NCBI GenBank assembly: GCA_958296135.2
Contig: CATQHZ020000001.1
Location: forward strand, 1,536,001 to 1,600,000
Direction: 5' to 3'
DNA length: 64,000 bases
From: an uncultured Poribacteria bacterium
GTDB taxonomy: Bacteria > Poribacteria > WGA-4E > WGA-3G
Both the position numbers and the translations under genes were made by a program. Every line of letters starts with the position of its first letter. Position 1 is the stretch's first letter. The notes under the pieces were generated by a model. The model did no database searches and was not told where the DNA came from. It saw nothing but the letters and a program-made list of their open reading frames with translations. Shown here piece by piece: positions 29,616 to 38,773 of the stretch.

Positions 29616-30194
29616 CTACCCCGCCATCAGAATTTCTACCGCTTTTTCCAATGCCCCCGGCTCCACCTTCAACTTTGCGTTGTCTACCTCGCGCTTGACG
29701 TAGGTGAGCGTGTGTGTGAGACTCATCGGGGTAGCGATGTCGTTTAAGATTTTCTGCACGCGCTTGACATCGGCTTTCTTAATGCCGGTCTCCGCTTCGA
29801 CCCGGGTCTGCAGTTCCGCGGGGGATGTGGGTGATTCTGCAGGCTGCGCGTCGCTTTCCACTTTCGGTTTCGGTGCCATTTTGGAGGTTTTCGCGCGGCG
29901 GGACTGCCGCCGGGGTGTTGTCTTCTGGATTTTGCCCGCTTCCAACGCCTTCACGCCGCACTCCTGGCACAGCTTTGCAGTCACCTCCGCCAGCGTCATG
30001 GTGACAATTATCTCGCTAATCGTCCCACAGAGTTCACATTCGGCCAGTTTTTCGATGCCGTTAAAGATGTCGGCGTGCAGTGCAAGCATCCTCGCCTTGT
30101 CAGTCTTCGTCGGTTTCTCTTTTTGACAGAGCGCGATAATCTTCTCCGCCGCCTTCTCAATCTGCGCTAAATTCCCCATTTTTCTATCCTCCAC
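29616..30194 (-). CDS. Hypothetical protein with CxxC...CxxC zinc-ribbon and basic linker
   Basis: CELC and CQEC; RRQSRRAK linker. Confidence 0.7.
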   Translation of the reverse strand: MEDRKMGNLAQIEKAAEKIIALCQKEKPTKTDKARMLALHADIFNGIEKLAECELCGTISEIIVTMTLAEVTAKLCQECGVKALEAGKIQKTTPRRQSRRAKTSKMAPKPKVESDAQPAESPTSPAELQTRVEAETGIKKADVKRVQKILNDIATPMSLTHTLTYVKREVDNAKLKVEPGALEKAVEILMAG

Positions 30195-30399
30195 ATCCGG
30201 GACTATTTCTCCGTTTTGAGGGTTCCCCTGTGAAAATTCGCCGTCCAGACTATGTCGTTCAAAATCGTCCGATCTTGACTAGTTTAGTTTCAACAGTCGC
30301 GACAGTTCGGGCTCAGGGGAGCCCGAACTACGAACAGCAGTGACAATTTGAAAACAGAATAGTCTAGTAGGCGCGCTGCCAAAGCGCGCCTCTCAGAAT

Positions 30400-32001
30400 C
30401 TAAAATTCCTCACCGGTGCGCCTTGCAGCCGCCGCGGCAACCTGGTCTTTGTAGAGTTTATACTCAAAACTGTCGATCAACGCTTCGCAGCTGGCGGAGA
30501 TGCTGTTCTCCGAAACGCCGACGGTGCGCCAGGTCGCCTCGCCGTCGCTGACTTCAATAAGCACGCGCACTTTTGAACTGGTTCCCGCTTTGGTATCCAG
30601 CGCGCGTACTTTGTAATCGATGAGCCGCACCACCTGTAACGACGGATAGAAAGACTCTAGTGCCTTCCGAAGCGCGTTGTCTAGTGCGTTGACCGGTCCG
30701 TCGCCATCGGCGGCGATATGTACTTCTTGTCCTTGCGGCATCGCGACTTTTATCGTCGCTTCGGCACGCATAGTATGATCGCTGAATTTCTCGATGATGA
30801 CGCGATAGCCGAGGAATTCAAAGAACGGGGCATGCCCATTAAATACTTTGCGCGCGAGGAGCTCAAACGATGCTTCCGCTGCTTCATACTGATACCCCTC
30901 GCGTTCCGCCGCCTTGAGCCGCTCAAAGAGTTTCAAGACCTGGGGTGAATTTTTGTCGTAGTTCGGGTATTCCTTCTCAATCTTTTTGATGATGGTGCCG
31001 CGGCCTGCCTGGTCGGAGACGAGGATGCGTTGTGTATTCCCGACGCGCTCCGGCTCAATGTGTTCATAAGTCAAACGGTTTTTGCGGATGGCATCCGTGT
31101 GTAACCCGCCTTTGTGCGCGAAAGCGGAACGTCCGACGTAAGGCTGTCGTTCGTCGTGCGGCAGGTTCGCCAATTCACTTATCAACCGCGAGACACCTGT
31201 CAACCCTTTCAACTGGTTCTCCGTGAGGCATGCTATCCCCAGTTTGAGTTGAATTGTTGGGATAATGGAGGCGAGATTCGCGTTGCCGCACCGTTCGCCG
31301 TAGCCGTTGAACGTGCCTTGCACGTGGTTCGCGCCGGCTTGCACGGCTAGGACAGAATTCGCTGCGCCCATGCCTGCGTCGTTGTGCGCGTGAATACCGA
31401 TCGGCAGCGGTGATACTGCATCCTTCGCTGCGTGCACCCCTTCCTGAATTTCAAAAGGCAGTCTGCCGCCGTTGGTATCACAGAGGACGATGCATTGCGC
31501 GCCGCCTGCTGCCGCGGCGTGCAACGTCTCTAATGCGTATGCCGAGTCGTCGGCGTATCCATCGAAGAAGTGCTCCGCGTCGTAAATCACCTCGCGGCCG
31601 TTTTCGCGAAGGTACCGCACGGAACTCTCAATCAGTTCCAGATTCGCTTTCGCTGTCACGCGGAGGACTTCCGTAGCGTGGAGTCGCCATGTCTTCCCAA
31701 CAATCGTGAGGGTGCGCGCGCCGGTGTCAAGCAGCGCGGACAGGTTCGGATCTTCGTCAGGCGTGAATGTCGGATACCGCGTGCTTCCGAACGGCACAAC
31801 TGTGGCGTTTTCCAACGCCAGCCCCTTCGCGCGCTTAAAGAATTCTATATCTCTCGGGTTGGAGCCGGGATATCCGCCTTCAATATAGCGGATGCCGAGC
31901 CGGTCCAGTGCCTCAATGATGATGAGTTTATCTTCAACAGAGAACGCGACACCTTCCGCTTGGCTGCCGTCCCTGAGCGTTGTATCATAAAAGTCGACCA
32001 T
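30400..32001 (-). CDS. cimA: Citramalate synthase (LeuA family)
   Basis: DTTLRDGSQ, IEGGYPGSNP, YDAEHFFDG, HAHND, GYGERCGNAN, AFAHKGG. Confidence 0.93.
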   Translation of the reverse strand: MVDFYDTTLRDGSQAEGVAFSVEDKLIIIEALDRLGIRYIEGGYPGSNPRDIEFFKRAKGLALENATVVPFGSTRYPTFTPDEDPNLSALLDTGARTLTIVGKTWRLHATEVLRVTAKANLELIESSVRYLRENGREVIYDAEHFFDGYADDSAYALETLHAAAAGGAQCIVLCDTNGGRLPFEIQEGVHAAKDAVSPLPIGIHAHNDAGMGAANSVLAVQAGANHVQGTFNGYGERCGNANLASIIPTIQLKLGIACLTENQLKGLTGVSRLISELANLPHDERQPYVGRSAFAHKGGLHTDAIRKNRLTYEHIEPERVGNTQRILVSDQAGRGTIIKKIEKEYPNYDKNSPQVLKLFERLKAAEREGYQYEAAEASFELLARKVFNGHAPFFEFLGYRVIIEKFSDHTMRAEATIKVAMPQGQEVHIAADGDGPVNALDNALRKALESFYPSLQVVRLIDYKVRALDTKAGTSSKVRVLIEVSDGEATWRTVGVSENSISASCEALIDSFEYKLYKDQVAAAAARRTGEEF

Positions 32002-32034
32002 TTTCGGTGTCTCCTTTTGGTTGCTGTTGCTTAT

Positions 32035-32063
32035 ATTTTACCACATTTTGGGGTAAATGTCAA
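32035..32063 (-). promoter_or_regulatory. cimA promoter
   Basis: TTGACA-17nt-TAAAAT with TG extension. Confidence 0.6.
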
Positions 32064-32119
32064 ATTTTGAATCGCGGATTTTCAGGATGAGGGAATTTTG
32101 AGGAGGCGAGCTGCCATTC

Positions 32120-32405
32120 ACCGTAGCGCGAGGGAAAACCCGGCGATCGCGAATCGCCGAGGGTTCCCCTCGCGATCTCTCGATCGACACGAAAACGTCG
32201 CCCCCCGGGCTCGGCTGTTTTCTGATGCGTTCAAGCACGGCGAGGCACAGGACCTCGCCCTACGGGAAAAGGGACGCGTGCGGCACGGCGAGGCACAGGA
32301 CCTCGCCCTACGGGAAAAGGGGCGCGTGCGGCATGGCGGGGAAAGTCCCTCGCCCTATGGGCTGCGGGGCCGCTTTGCTTCCCCCCCCTCGCCCTACGGG
32401 AAAAG
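32120..32405. repeat. REP array including 48-nt tandem units
   Basis: GCACGGCGAGGCACAGGACCTCGCCCTACGGGAAAAGGG repeated. Confidence 0.85.
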
Positions 32406-32475
32406 GGATAATCCTGAGAATCCTGATTCAGATTTCCCTTTCCTAATTCTGCAAATTCTGTTATCATTAACCTCC

Positions 32476-33846
32476 ATGAAAACCTTCACGATGATTTTTC
32501 TCTGCTGTGTCGCGCTGCTACTCACAGGGTGTGGGATATCCACCACAAAACCAAGTGTAAGAACGGACTTCCATGTCCGCCCGCATGCAAACCTACGGGC
32601 TGAAATCGATGGCGTTTTGCAAGATGCACTCTTCACGTCGGCGCACATCGCGATAAAGGTTGTCACTGTCAAAACGGGAGAGGTGCTTTATGCGAAAAAC
32701 GTCCGTAAATTACACCACCCCGCCTCAACGATGAAACTCATCACGGCGGCGGCGGCTTTGGCGAAACTGGGGGCTGCCTATCGGTTTGAAACGACGCTTT
32801 ATGCCGATGCAATCGCCGATGGGCGCGTGGCAGGGAACGTCTACCTCAAAGGCAAGGCAGACCCGGTTCTCCAAGAAGGCGAGTTGGCGGAAATGGTTAA
32901 TGCTTTACGCGATGCTGGTGTTCAATCGGTCTCCGGCGGCATCGTCGTTGATGAGACGTATCTTGACGCTGTCCGGGAAGGCCCAGGATGGATGTGGGAC
33001 GATAAGCCGTTAGGGTTGAGCACGCTAGCTATCCGAGGCAGCGCAGTTAAGGATAGAGCCCTCGCCTGCGGCACTATGCTGAAGGAGATGCTGCAGCAAG
33101 AAGGCATCGTTGTCAATGGCGAGGTATCACACGGGACTGTGCCATCAGGTGCCATCACTATTGTCGCGCATCTATCGCCGCCGCTGGCGGAGATCCTCAA
33201 GTTGATGAACAAGCCGAGTGATAACACTATCGCCGAGTTGATTTTCAAAACCCTCGGCGCGGAGGTGAAGAGTGAACCGGGGACGTGGCAAAAGGGGAGT
33301 CAGGTGGTTGGCGAATTTTTGGAGGAAATAGTTCTCCTGAGTCGCGACCGGGGGTTTATCCTAAATCGAGACCGGGAGGTCTCTCCTACCGAAGAACATC
33401 AAGACCGGGGGGTTCTCCTGAGTCAAGACCGGGAGGTCTCTCCTACCGAAGAACATCAAGACCGGGGGGCACGCCTACAGTTTCGGATTGTTGATGGCTC
33501 GGGGCTCTCTCGCTACAACCTTATCACGGCGGAGTTGCTGACAGACTTGCTCGTCGCTGTCTACAACGATTTTGAACTGATGCCGGAGTATGTGGCCTCA
33601 CTGCCGATTGCCGGCGTTGACGGGACGTTGGAGAATCGGATGAAGGGGATGCGCGCCGAAAAGGTGCTCCGCGCGAAGACAGGCACCTTAAGCGGTGTCT
33701 CCACGCTGGCGGGCTATACCGTCACGGCGGACGGCGAGGTGTTGGCGTTCTGCATCCTCATCAGTCACTATGTTGGCCCGGCGGCACCCGCGCGGCGCGT
33801 CCAAGATGAAATCGGGAATTGTTTGACGCGGTGGAGCCGGGACTGA
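32476..33846 (+). CDS. dacB: D-Ala-D-Ala carboxypeptidase/endopeptidase PBP4 (S13) lipoprotein with in-frame repeat insertion
   Basis: Lipobox LTGC, PASTMK, SDN, DGSGLSR, AKTGT. Confidence 0.9.
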   Translation: MKTFTMIFLCCVALLLTGCGISTTKPSVRTDFHVRPHANLRAEIDGVLQDALFTSAHIAIKVVTVKTGEVLYAKNVRKLHHPASTMKLITAAAALAKLGAAYRFETTLYADAIADGRVAGNVYLKGKADPVLQEGELAEMVNALRDAGVQSVSGGIVVDETYLDAVREGPGWMWDDKPLGLSTLAIRGSAVKDRALACGTMLKEMLQQEGIVVNGEVSHGTVPSGAITIVAHLSPPLAEILKLMNKPSDNTIAELIFKTLGAEVKSEPGTWQKGSQVVGEFLEEIVLLSRDRGFILNRDREVSPTEEHQDRGVLLSQDREVSPTEEHQDRGARLQFRIVDGSGLSRYNLITAELLTDLLVAVYNDFELMPEYVASLPIAGVDGTLENRMKGMRAEKVLRAKTGTLSGVSTLAGYTVTADGEVLAFCILISHYVGPAAPARRVQDEIGNCLTRWSRD

Positions 33847-33908
33847 TAGGCGCGCTTTCCAAGCGCGCCTACGAGGGGCTGGCATACGTCGTAGATTTAG
33901 AGGGAAAT

Positions 33909-35069
33909 ATGAAAAACGTCGTTATCGTATCCGCAGTGCGCACCGCTGTTGGCAAAGCGGGGAGAGGAACATTGAAAGACACGCGCCCGGATGAGCTCGC
34001 CGCGGTCGCCCTTCGCGGTGCCGTTAAAAAACTTCCAGCCCTTGAGTTGGCAGCGATTGACGATGTCATCCTCGGCTGTGCCTCGCCGGAGGGACAGCAG
34101 GGCTACAACATCGCGCGAGTTGCCAGTTTACGCGCCGGATTACCCGTTTCTGTGCCGGCGATGACGCTCAATCGGTTCTGTGCATCCGGCTTGGAATCCA
34201 TCGCCATGGGTGCGGAGAGAATTCTGGCTGGGCGCGCGGAGGTAGTCCTCGCGGGCGGCGTGGAGAGCATGAGTCGCGTGCCGTTCGCCGCAAACCTCTC
34301 ACCGAATCCGTATTTGATGGAACACGCCCCGGCGGCATATATCAACATGGGATTGACAGCGGAAAACCTCGCGCAGAAATACTGCATTTCGCGCGAGGCA
34401 CAAGACGCGTTCGCCTTGGAGAGTCATCGCAAGGCGATTCGGGCGATTAACAAGGGCAAATTCAACGCCGAGATCGTGCCTGTCCCGGTAGGCAAGCTCT
34501 CAGAGAAACCCACACCTTATCCGTTTTTCACGACAGACGAAGGCGTGCGGCGAGATACGTCCTTGGAAGCGTTGGCATTGCTCAAACCTGTTTTCCGTGA
34601 AGACGGGACGGTGACCGCGGGCAACGCCTCACAGATGAGCGACGGTGCGGCGGCTGTCGTCCTGATGTCCGCCGAACGCGCGGAAGCCGAGGGCTATTCC
34701 CCTTTGGCGCGGTTTGTCAGTTACGCAACAGCGGGCGTGCCGCCGGAAATTATGGGAATCGGTCCCGTGCCTGCAATTCCGAAAGCACTCCACTCGGCAG
34801 GGTTAACGCTGGCTGATTTAGGCGTGATTGAACTGAACGAAGCGTTCGCCGTGCAGGCACTCGCTGTAATCCAGCAGGCACAATTGCCGGCAGAAAAGGT
34901 GAATCCGAATGGCGGCGCGATCGCGTTGGGGCATCCGCTCGGTTGTACCGGGACGAAACTGACAGCGACGCTCATCAACGAAATGCATCGGCGAAACTAC
35001 CGATACGGCATGGTGACGATGTGTGTCGGTGGAGGGATGGGGGCCGCTGGGATTTTTGAACGTTTGTAG
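33909..35069 (+). CDS. Acetyl-CoA acyltransferase (thiolase)
   Basis: NRFCASG, NEAFA, GHPLG, CVGGG. Confidence 0.95.
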   Translation: MKNVVIVSAVRTAVGKAGRGTLKDTRPDELAAVALRGAVKKLPALELAAIDDVILGCASPEGQQGYNIARVASLRAGLPVSVPAMTLNRFCASGLESIAMGAERILAGRAEVVLAGGVESMSRVPFAANLSPNPYLMEHAPAAYINMGLTAENLAQKYCISREAQDAFALESHRKAIRAINKGKFNAEIVPVPVGKLSEKPTPYPFFTTDEGVRRDTSLEALALLKPVFREDGTVTAGNASQMSDGAAAVVLMSAERAEAEGYSPLARFVSYATAGVPPEIMGIGPVPAIPKALHSAGLTLADLGVIELNEAFAVQALAVIQQAQLPAEKVNPNGGAIALGHPLGCTGTKLTATLINEMHRRNYRYGMVTMCVGGGMGAAGIFERL

Positions 35070-35200
35070 CTCGGGATTGGCTGAACCGTTCCTCCATTAC
35101 GTAGCGCGGGGGCCTGTCCTCCGCGAGCCGCCTTGGTGGAAGCAACACGGCGAGGGCCAGACCCTCGCCCTACGGTGTTAAAATTTCTAAAGGAGAAAAC

Positions 35201-36205
35201 ATGCAAACTCACGTTTATTTTTCCATTGCTGGAGAAAATAGAATTGCCATCTACACGCTGGATGCCGCTAGCGGCGCGATTGAATTTCAGGAAGATATTG
35301 CAGTGAGCGGTTCTCCGGGGCCGCTGGCACTCTCGCCGTGCGGCGATTATCTTTACGCGGGGCTCCGCGCCAGCCGGGAAATCGCCAGTTTCCGCATCGA
35401 TGCAAACACCAAGCACCTCACTCACTTGCGCACTATTCAATTGGACGCAGATACGTGCTACATCGCGCCCGACAAAACGGGCAACTTTTTGCTCTCTGCC
35501 TATTACGGCGCGGGCAAGTTCACCGTGCACACAATCGGCAACGACAAAACCGTTCAAGGCGAACCTATCCAGACGGTGGAAACCGCGCCGCATGCACACT
35601 GCATCGAGACGGATGCATCAAACCGATACGTCTTCGTGCCGCACACCGTGCCACGGAATGCCATCTATCAGTTTCACTTCAACGAAGAGACTGGCCTGCT
35701 GACTGAAAATAGCACCGGGCACCTGCATCCGGATGAACCGATTGGCCCGCGCCACTACTGCTTGAATCCACACAAACCGATTCTTTATTGTTCCGATGAA
35801 CAAGGGTCGAGTGCCAGTGTTTATGAAGTTGATGAAATGAAGGGAAGTTTGTCGCATCTGCAGACGCTCTCCACGCTGCCTGCAGATTTTGATGGGGATA
35901 ACACCTGCGCGCAGATTCACATCACGCCGAACGCGAAGTTTCTCTACGTTTCTAACCGCGGGCACGACAGCATCGCCGGGTTCGCCATTGACGAAAAGAA
36001 CGGACAATTAACCGCGATTGGACACCAACAGACCGAACCGACACCGCGTGTTTTCAACATCGACGAGACGGGGAGTTTCCTATTCGCCGGTGGACTAGGT
36101 TCGGGGAAGTTGGCTACTTATCGCATTGATAGGCAAAGTGGGGAACTCTCGCCGCTTGCCACCTACGCCATCGGTGAAAATCCGATGTGGGTGCTTTTTT
36201 TGTGA
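35201..36205 (+). CDS. pgl: 6-phosphogluconolactonase-family beta-propeller lactonase
   Basis: PHAH, GPRH, YVSNRGHDSIA, PR motifs. Confidence 0.85.
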   Translation: MQTHVYFSIAGENRIAIYTLDAASGAIEFQEDIAVSGSPGPLALSPCGDYLYAGLRASREIASFRIDANTKHLTHLRTIQLDADTCYIAPDKTGNFLLSAYYGAGKFTVHTIGNDKTVQGEPIQTVETAPHAHCIETDASNRYVFVPHTVPRNAIYQFHFNEETGLLTENSTGHLHPDEPIGPRHYCLNPHKPILYCSDEQGSSASVYEVDEMKGSLSHLQTLSTLPADFDGDNTCAQIHITPNAKFLYVSNRGHDSIAGFAIDEKNGQLTAIGHQQTEPTPRVFNIDETGSFLFAGGLGSGKLATYRIDRQSGELSPLATYAIGENPMWVLFL

Positions 36206-36254
36206 TGGCGGGCTCGCAGCCGCGGTTGCAAACCGCGCCTACCGGATCCTACGT

Positions 36255-37262
36255 CTAACGTCCCGTTGAAATATCTTTGACCCACTCGCGATTTTCCTGA
36301 TACCATTGGACAAGTTCCATTATGCCTTGGCGAAACCTGACTTGCGGCCGCCATCCTAAAAGCCGTTCTGCTTTTCGGATGTCTGCCCAAGTCGCGCGGA
36401 CATCCGCCGGGTGAAACGGACGATGCTCAAGATTCGCCTTTTTACCGACGAGCTCCTCTATGAGACGAATTGTGTCAATCAGCACAATCGGACTATCCGA
36501 GCCGAGGTTGATAATCTCGTGACCGATCGGTTTTAACCCGGCGATGACCCCGCGCGCAATATCTTCGACGTACGTGTAATCGCGCGACGATTGCTTCCCG
36601 TCGCCATAAACGGTAACCGGCTCTCCCTCGCTGATCCACTTCACAAATCGGAACGCGCTCATATCTGGCCGCCCTGCAGGCCCGTAGACGGTAAAGAAGC
36701 GAAAAATCGTCGTGTCAATGTCGTAGAGATGATGGTAACTGTGGCAAAGTGCCTCCGCGCCTTTTTTGGAGGCAGCATAAGGCGAAAGCGGTCCGTCCGT
36801 GTTCGCATCCTCGCTGAACGGAAGAGCGTTGTTCGCACCGTAGAGGCTGGAAGTGGAAGCCAACACAAATTTTTTGATACCAAACTCACGGCACAATTCC
36901 AGCAGATTCAGTGTGCCGGTTACGTTCGTATCGACGTAGACCCACGGGTTCTCCACGGATTGCCGCACGCCGGCGCGTGCCGCGAGGTTAATCACCGCGT
37001 CAAAATCCACCCGTTTGAATATGTCGTTCAGCGCGTCTCTGGCGCAGATGTCCAGCCGATGAAATTGGAAGATGCCCCGTTCCTGTAGCGCGTGATCTCC
37101 CGATCTCGCAGTCTGCAGTTCATTGAGCCGCCACGTTTTGACCGTGGTATCGTAAGCGTCGTTGAGATTATCCACGCCGATGACGGTATGCCCATCGGCG
37201 AGCAAAAACTCGGTCACTTTCCAACCGATGAAGCCCGCACAGCCAGTGACAAGATATTTCAT
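36255..37262 (-). CDS. NAD-dependent nucleotide-sugar epimerase (UDP-glucuronate 4-epimerase-like)
   Basis: TGCAGFIG, LAARAGVR, YAASK, RFFTVYGPAGRPDM. Confidence 0.92.
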   Translation of the reverse strand: MKYLVTGCAGFIGWKVTEFLLADGHTVIGVDNLNDAYDTTVKTWRLNELQTARSGDHALQERGIFQFHRLDICARDALNDIFKRVDFDAVINLAARAGVRQSVENPWVYVDTNVTGTLNLLELCREFGIKKFVLASTSSLYGANNALPFSEDANTDGPLSPYAASKKGAEALCHSYHHLYDIDTTIFRFFTVYGPAGRPDMSAFRFVKWISEGEPVTVYGDGKQSSRDYTYVEDIARGVIAGLKPIGHEIINLGSDSPIVLIDTIRLIEELVGKKANLEHRPFHPADVRATWADIRKAERLLGWRPQVRFRQGIMELVQWYQENREWVKDISTGR

Positions 37263-37265
37263 GAA

Positions 37266-37808
37266 TTAACGTTCTCCTTCAAAGGTTGCCAAAAGCGCGT
37301 CGGTCTCCGTTTTGAGTTCGGCGTAAACTTTCGGTTTAAAATCCGCTTTTCGGTGGAAGACAAGAATGCCTTTCGGCGAGATGAGATAGAGGTTCGGCTT
37401 CTCCTTCTCTGTCTGATACCGTTCATGCACACTTCCCTTCCAATCCATCAGGAACGTGACAGGCGGCGGATTTTTCCTCAACTGGTTCCGGATGAACCAC
37501 TTCGGGATAAAGCCGGGCACGCTCCGCAAATCGGCGACAATATAGGCGACAACCCGTTTATCTTCCGCGTAATCTTCCTGAAATGCCGCCGCCCATTTAT
37601 CGTCTTCCTTACGGATTTTTCGGTTGCCCATGATGAGAAAGACCACTTTGCCGCGGCGTTTCTCAAGGCTATGCGATTTCTCTTCGGCATCTTCCAGCGT
37701 AAATAAGGGTGCCTCGTCGCCGATTTTTGGCGGTTTCGTCTCCGTTTTTTCCTCAGCGAAACTGAACAGCGCGATGCTAATGAAAGCGAAGAGCCAGAGT
37801 TGTTTCAT
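37266..37808 (-). CDS. Secreted redoxin-fold protein lacking CxxC
   Basis: Signal peptide, IGDEAPLFTL, RGKVVFL, PNLYLISPKG. Confidence 0.7.
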   Translation of the reverse strand: MKQLWLFAFISIALFSFAEEKTETKPPKIGDEAPLFTLEDAEEKSHSLEKRRGKVVFLIMGNRKIRKEDDKWAAAFQEDYAEDKRVVAYIVADLRSVPGFIPKWFIRNQLRKNPPPVTFLMDWKGSVHERYQTEKEKPNLYLISPKGILVFHRKADFKPKVYAELKTETDALLATFEGER

Positions 37809-37889
37809 GTGGAGTTCCTCCTGCGTGCTATTTTTCTATGCGGCATTTTAACATAATTGGCAGGACTATGTCAAGTTTAGTCGTTTCCG

Positions 37890-38075
37890 TATTGAGACGC
37901 AGGAGGTCTCGCCTACCGGGAGGGGAGTCGAGACGCGGGAGCATCGAGACGCAGGAGGGGCATCGAGACGCAGGAGGTCTCTCCTACAAGGGGAAGGCAT
38001 CGAGACCAGGAGGTCTCTCCTACGGGGAGAAGACACTGAGACGCGGGAGGTCTCTCCTACAAGAAGACCTGGATG
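37890..38075. repeat. Direct array of family A REP-like units (GAGAC..GGAGGTCTCTCCTAC)
   Basis: At least four degenerate copies with irregular spacing. Confidence 0.85.
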
Positions 38076-38290
38076 TCTATAGACTTTTGGAATCAATAGG
38101 GCTCAAGGGCTGTAGGACCTTAATGTTCTTTCATTGCACGTCTCTCCAAACGGCGTACCGAATTTTCTTGAAAAAAAGCAAGTTTTCTGCTAGAATTAAT
38201 CAGAATCGCGAAAATAGCACTCTGAACGCGCGAAATGTGCCGAAAAATCGTAAAAATAACGCCAAAAGTTAGATTCATTGAAAAAAAGAT

Positions 38291-38319
38291 TTGCAATGAA
38301 AATAAATTTGTGGTATAAT
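38291..38319 (+). promoter_or_regulatory. Near-consensus sigma70 promoter
   Basis: TTGCAA-17nt-TATAAT with TG extension and A-rich UP region. Confidence 0.7.
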
Positions 38320-38375
38320 TTACGTTGATTGTCATCACAACGGCCTTTCAAAACTCTATCTAAAGAGGGACGAAC

Positions 38376-38516
38376 ATGCAGAACGCACGCACCGATCGTA
38401 ACACCAAAAGACGATATGCTCCGCGCGACACCGACTTCTTCGGCTGCACCGCGCGGCGAGTCTTCGCGCCTGCATTAACCCTATCGCCCCCCCCCTACAG
38501 CCGCAGGGCTTCCTAA
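38376..38516 (+). CDS. Putative 46-aa leader peptide ending LSPPPYSRRAS
   Basis: GAGGGA SD, ATG 38376, TAA 38514-38516; C9 tract encodes PPP. Confidence 0.35.
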   Translation: MQNARTDRNTKRRYAPRDTDFFGCTARRVFAPALTLSPPPYSRRAS

Positions 38517-38568
38517 GCTTACCAGTTTACAACGTAGTGCCGATAGTGACAATCGGCAGGTTTTTCGT

Positions 38569-38613
38569 GCCCCGTTCGTCTTCTGTCTCATACGGAGGAT
38601 GCACGGGTTTTTG
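38569..38613 (+). terminator. Terminator-like hairpin plus T-tract within leader
   Basis: CCCGT..CGTCTTCTGT-CTCAT-ACGGAGGATG..ACGGG-TTTTT; another hairpin TGCCGAT/ATCGGCA plus T-tract at 38538-38565. Confidence 0.45.
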
Positions 38614-38773
38614 CGTTGGGCGTTCTGTTTTTTCTCGGTGCGGCTGTCGGTGCGTTGCGCGTGCCTAACGGAATGCCGGTGAGGTGGGGCAAAACGAGTT
38701 GTGAGAAAATGAACGTGGGCAAAGCCGTTTTTGAAAGGCGGCTGCCCATAATGGATCTGGAGGTAAACGAACG

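Noticed and set aside
32098-32475. 126-aa N-terminal extension of dacB in the ORF track
   Set aside because: Translation of a REP array; the lipoprotein signal starts at ATG 32476. Similar spurious extensions were trimmed from other ORFs
34485-34525. Possible in-frame REP in the thiolase ([13 protein letters not shown])
   Set aside because: Starts with GTAGGC but has no clear hairpin or match to an intergenic family
37890-38075. Possible CRISPR array
   Set aside because: Degenerate repeats, irregular short spacing, same motif dispersed across the window, no cas genes
37838-38272. 144-aa ORF, and short ORFs at 41686-42607
   Set aside because: Composed of repeat-array translations
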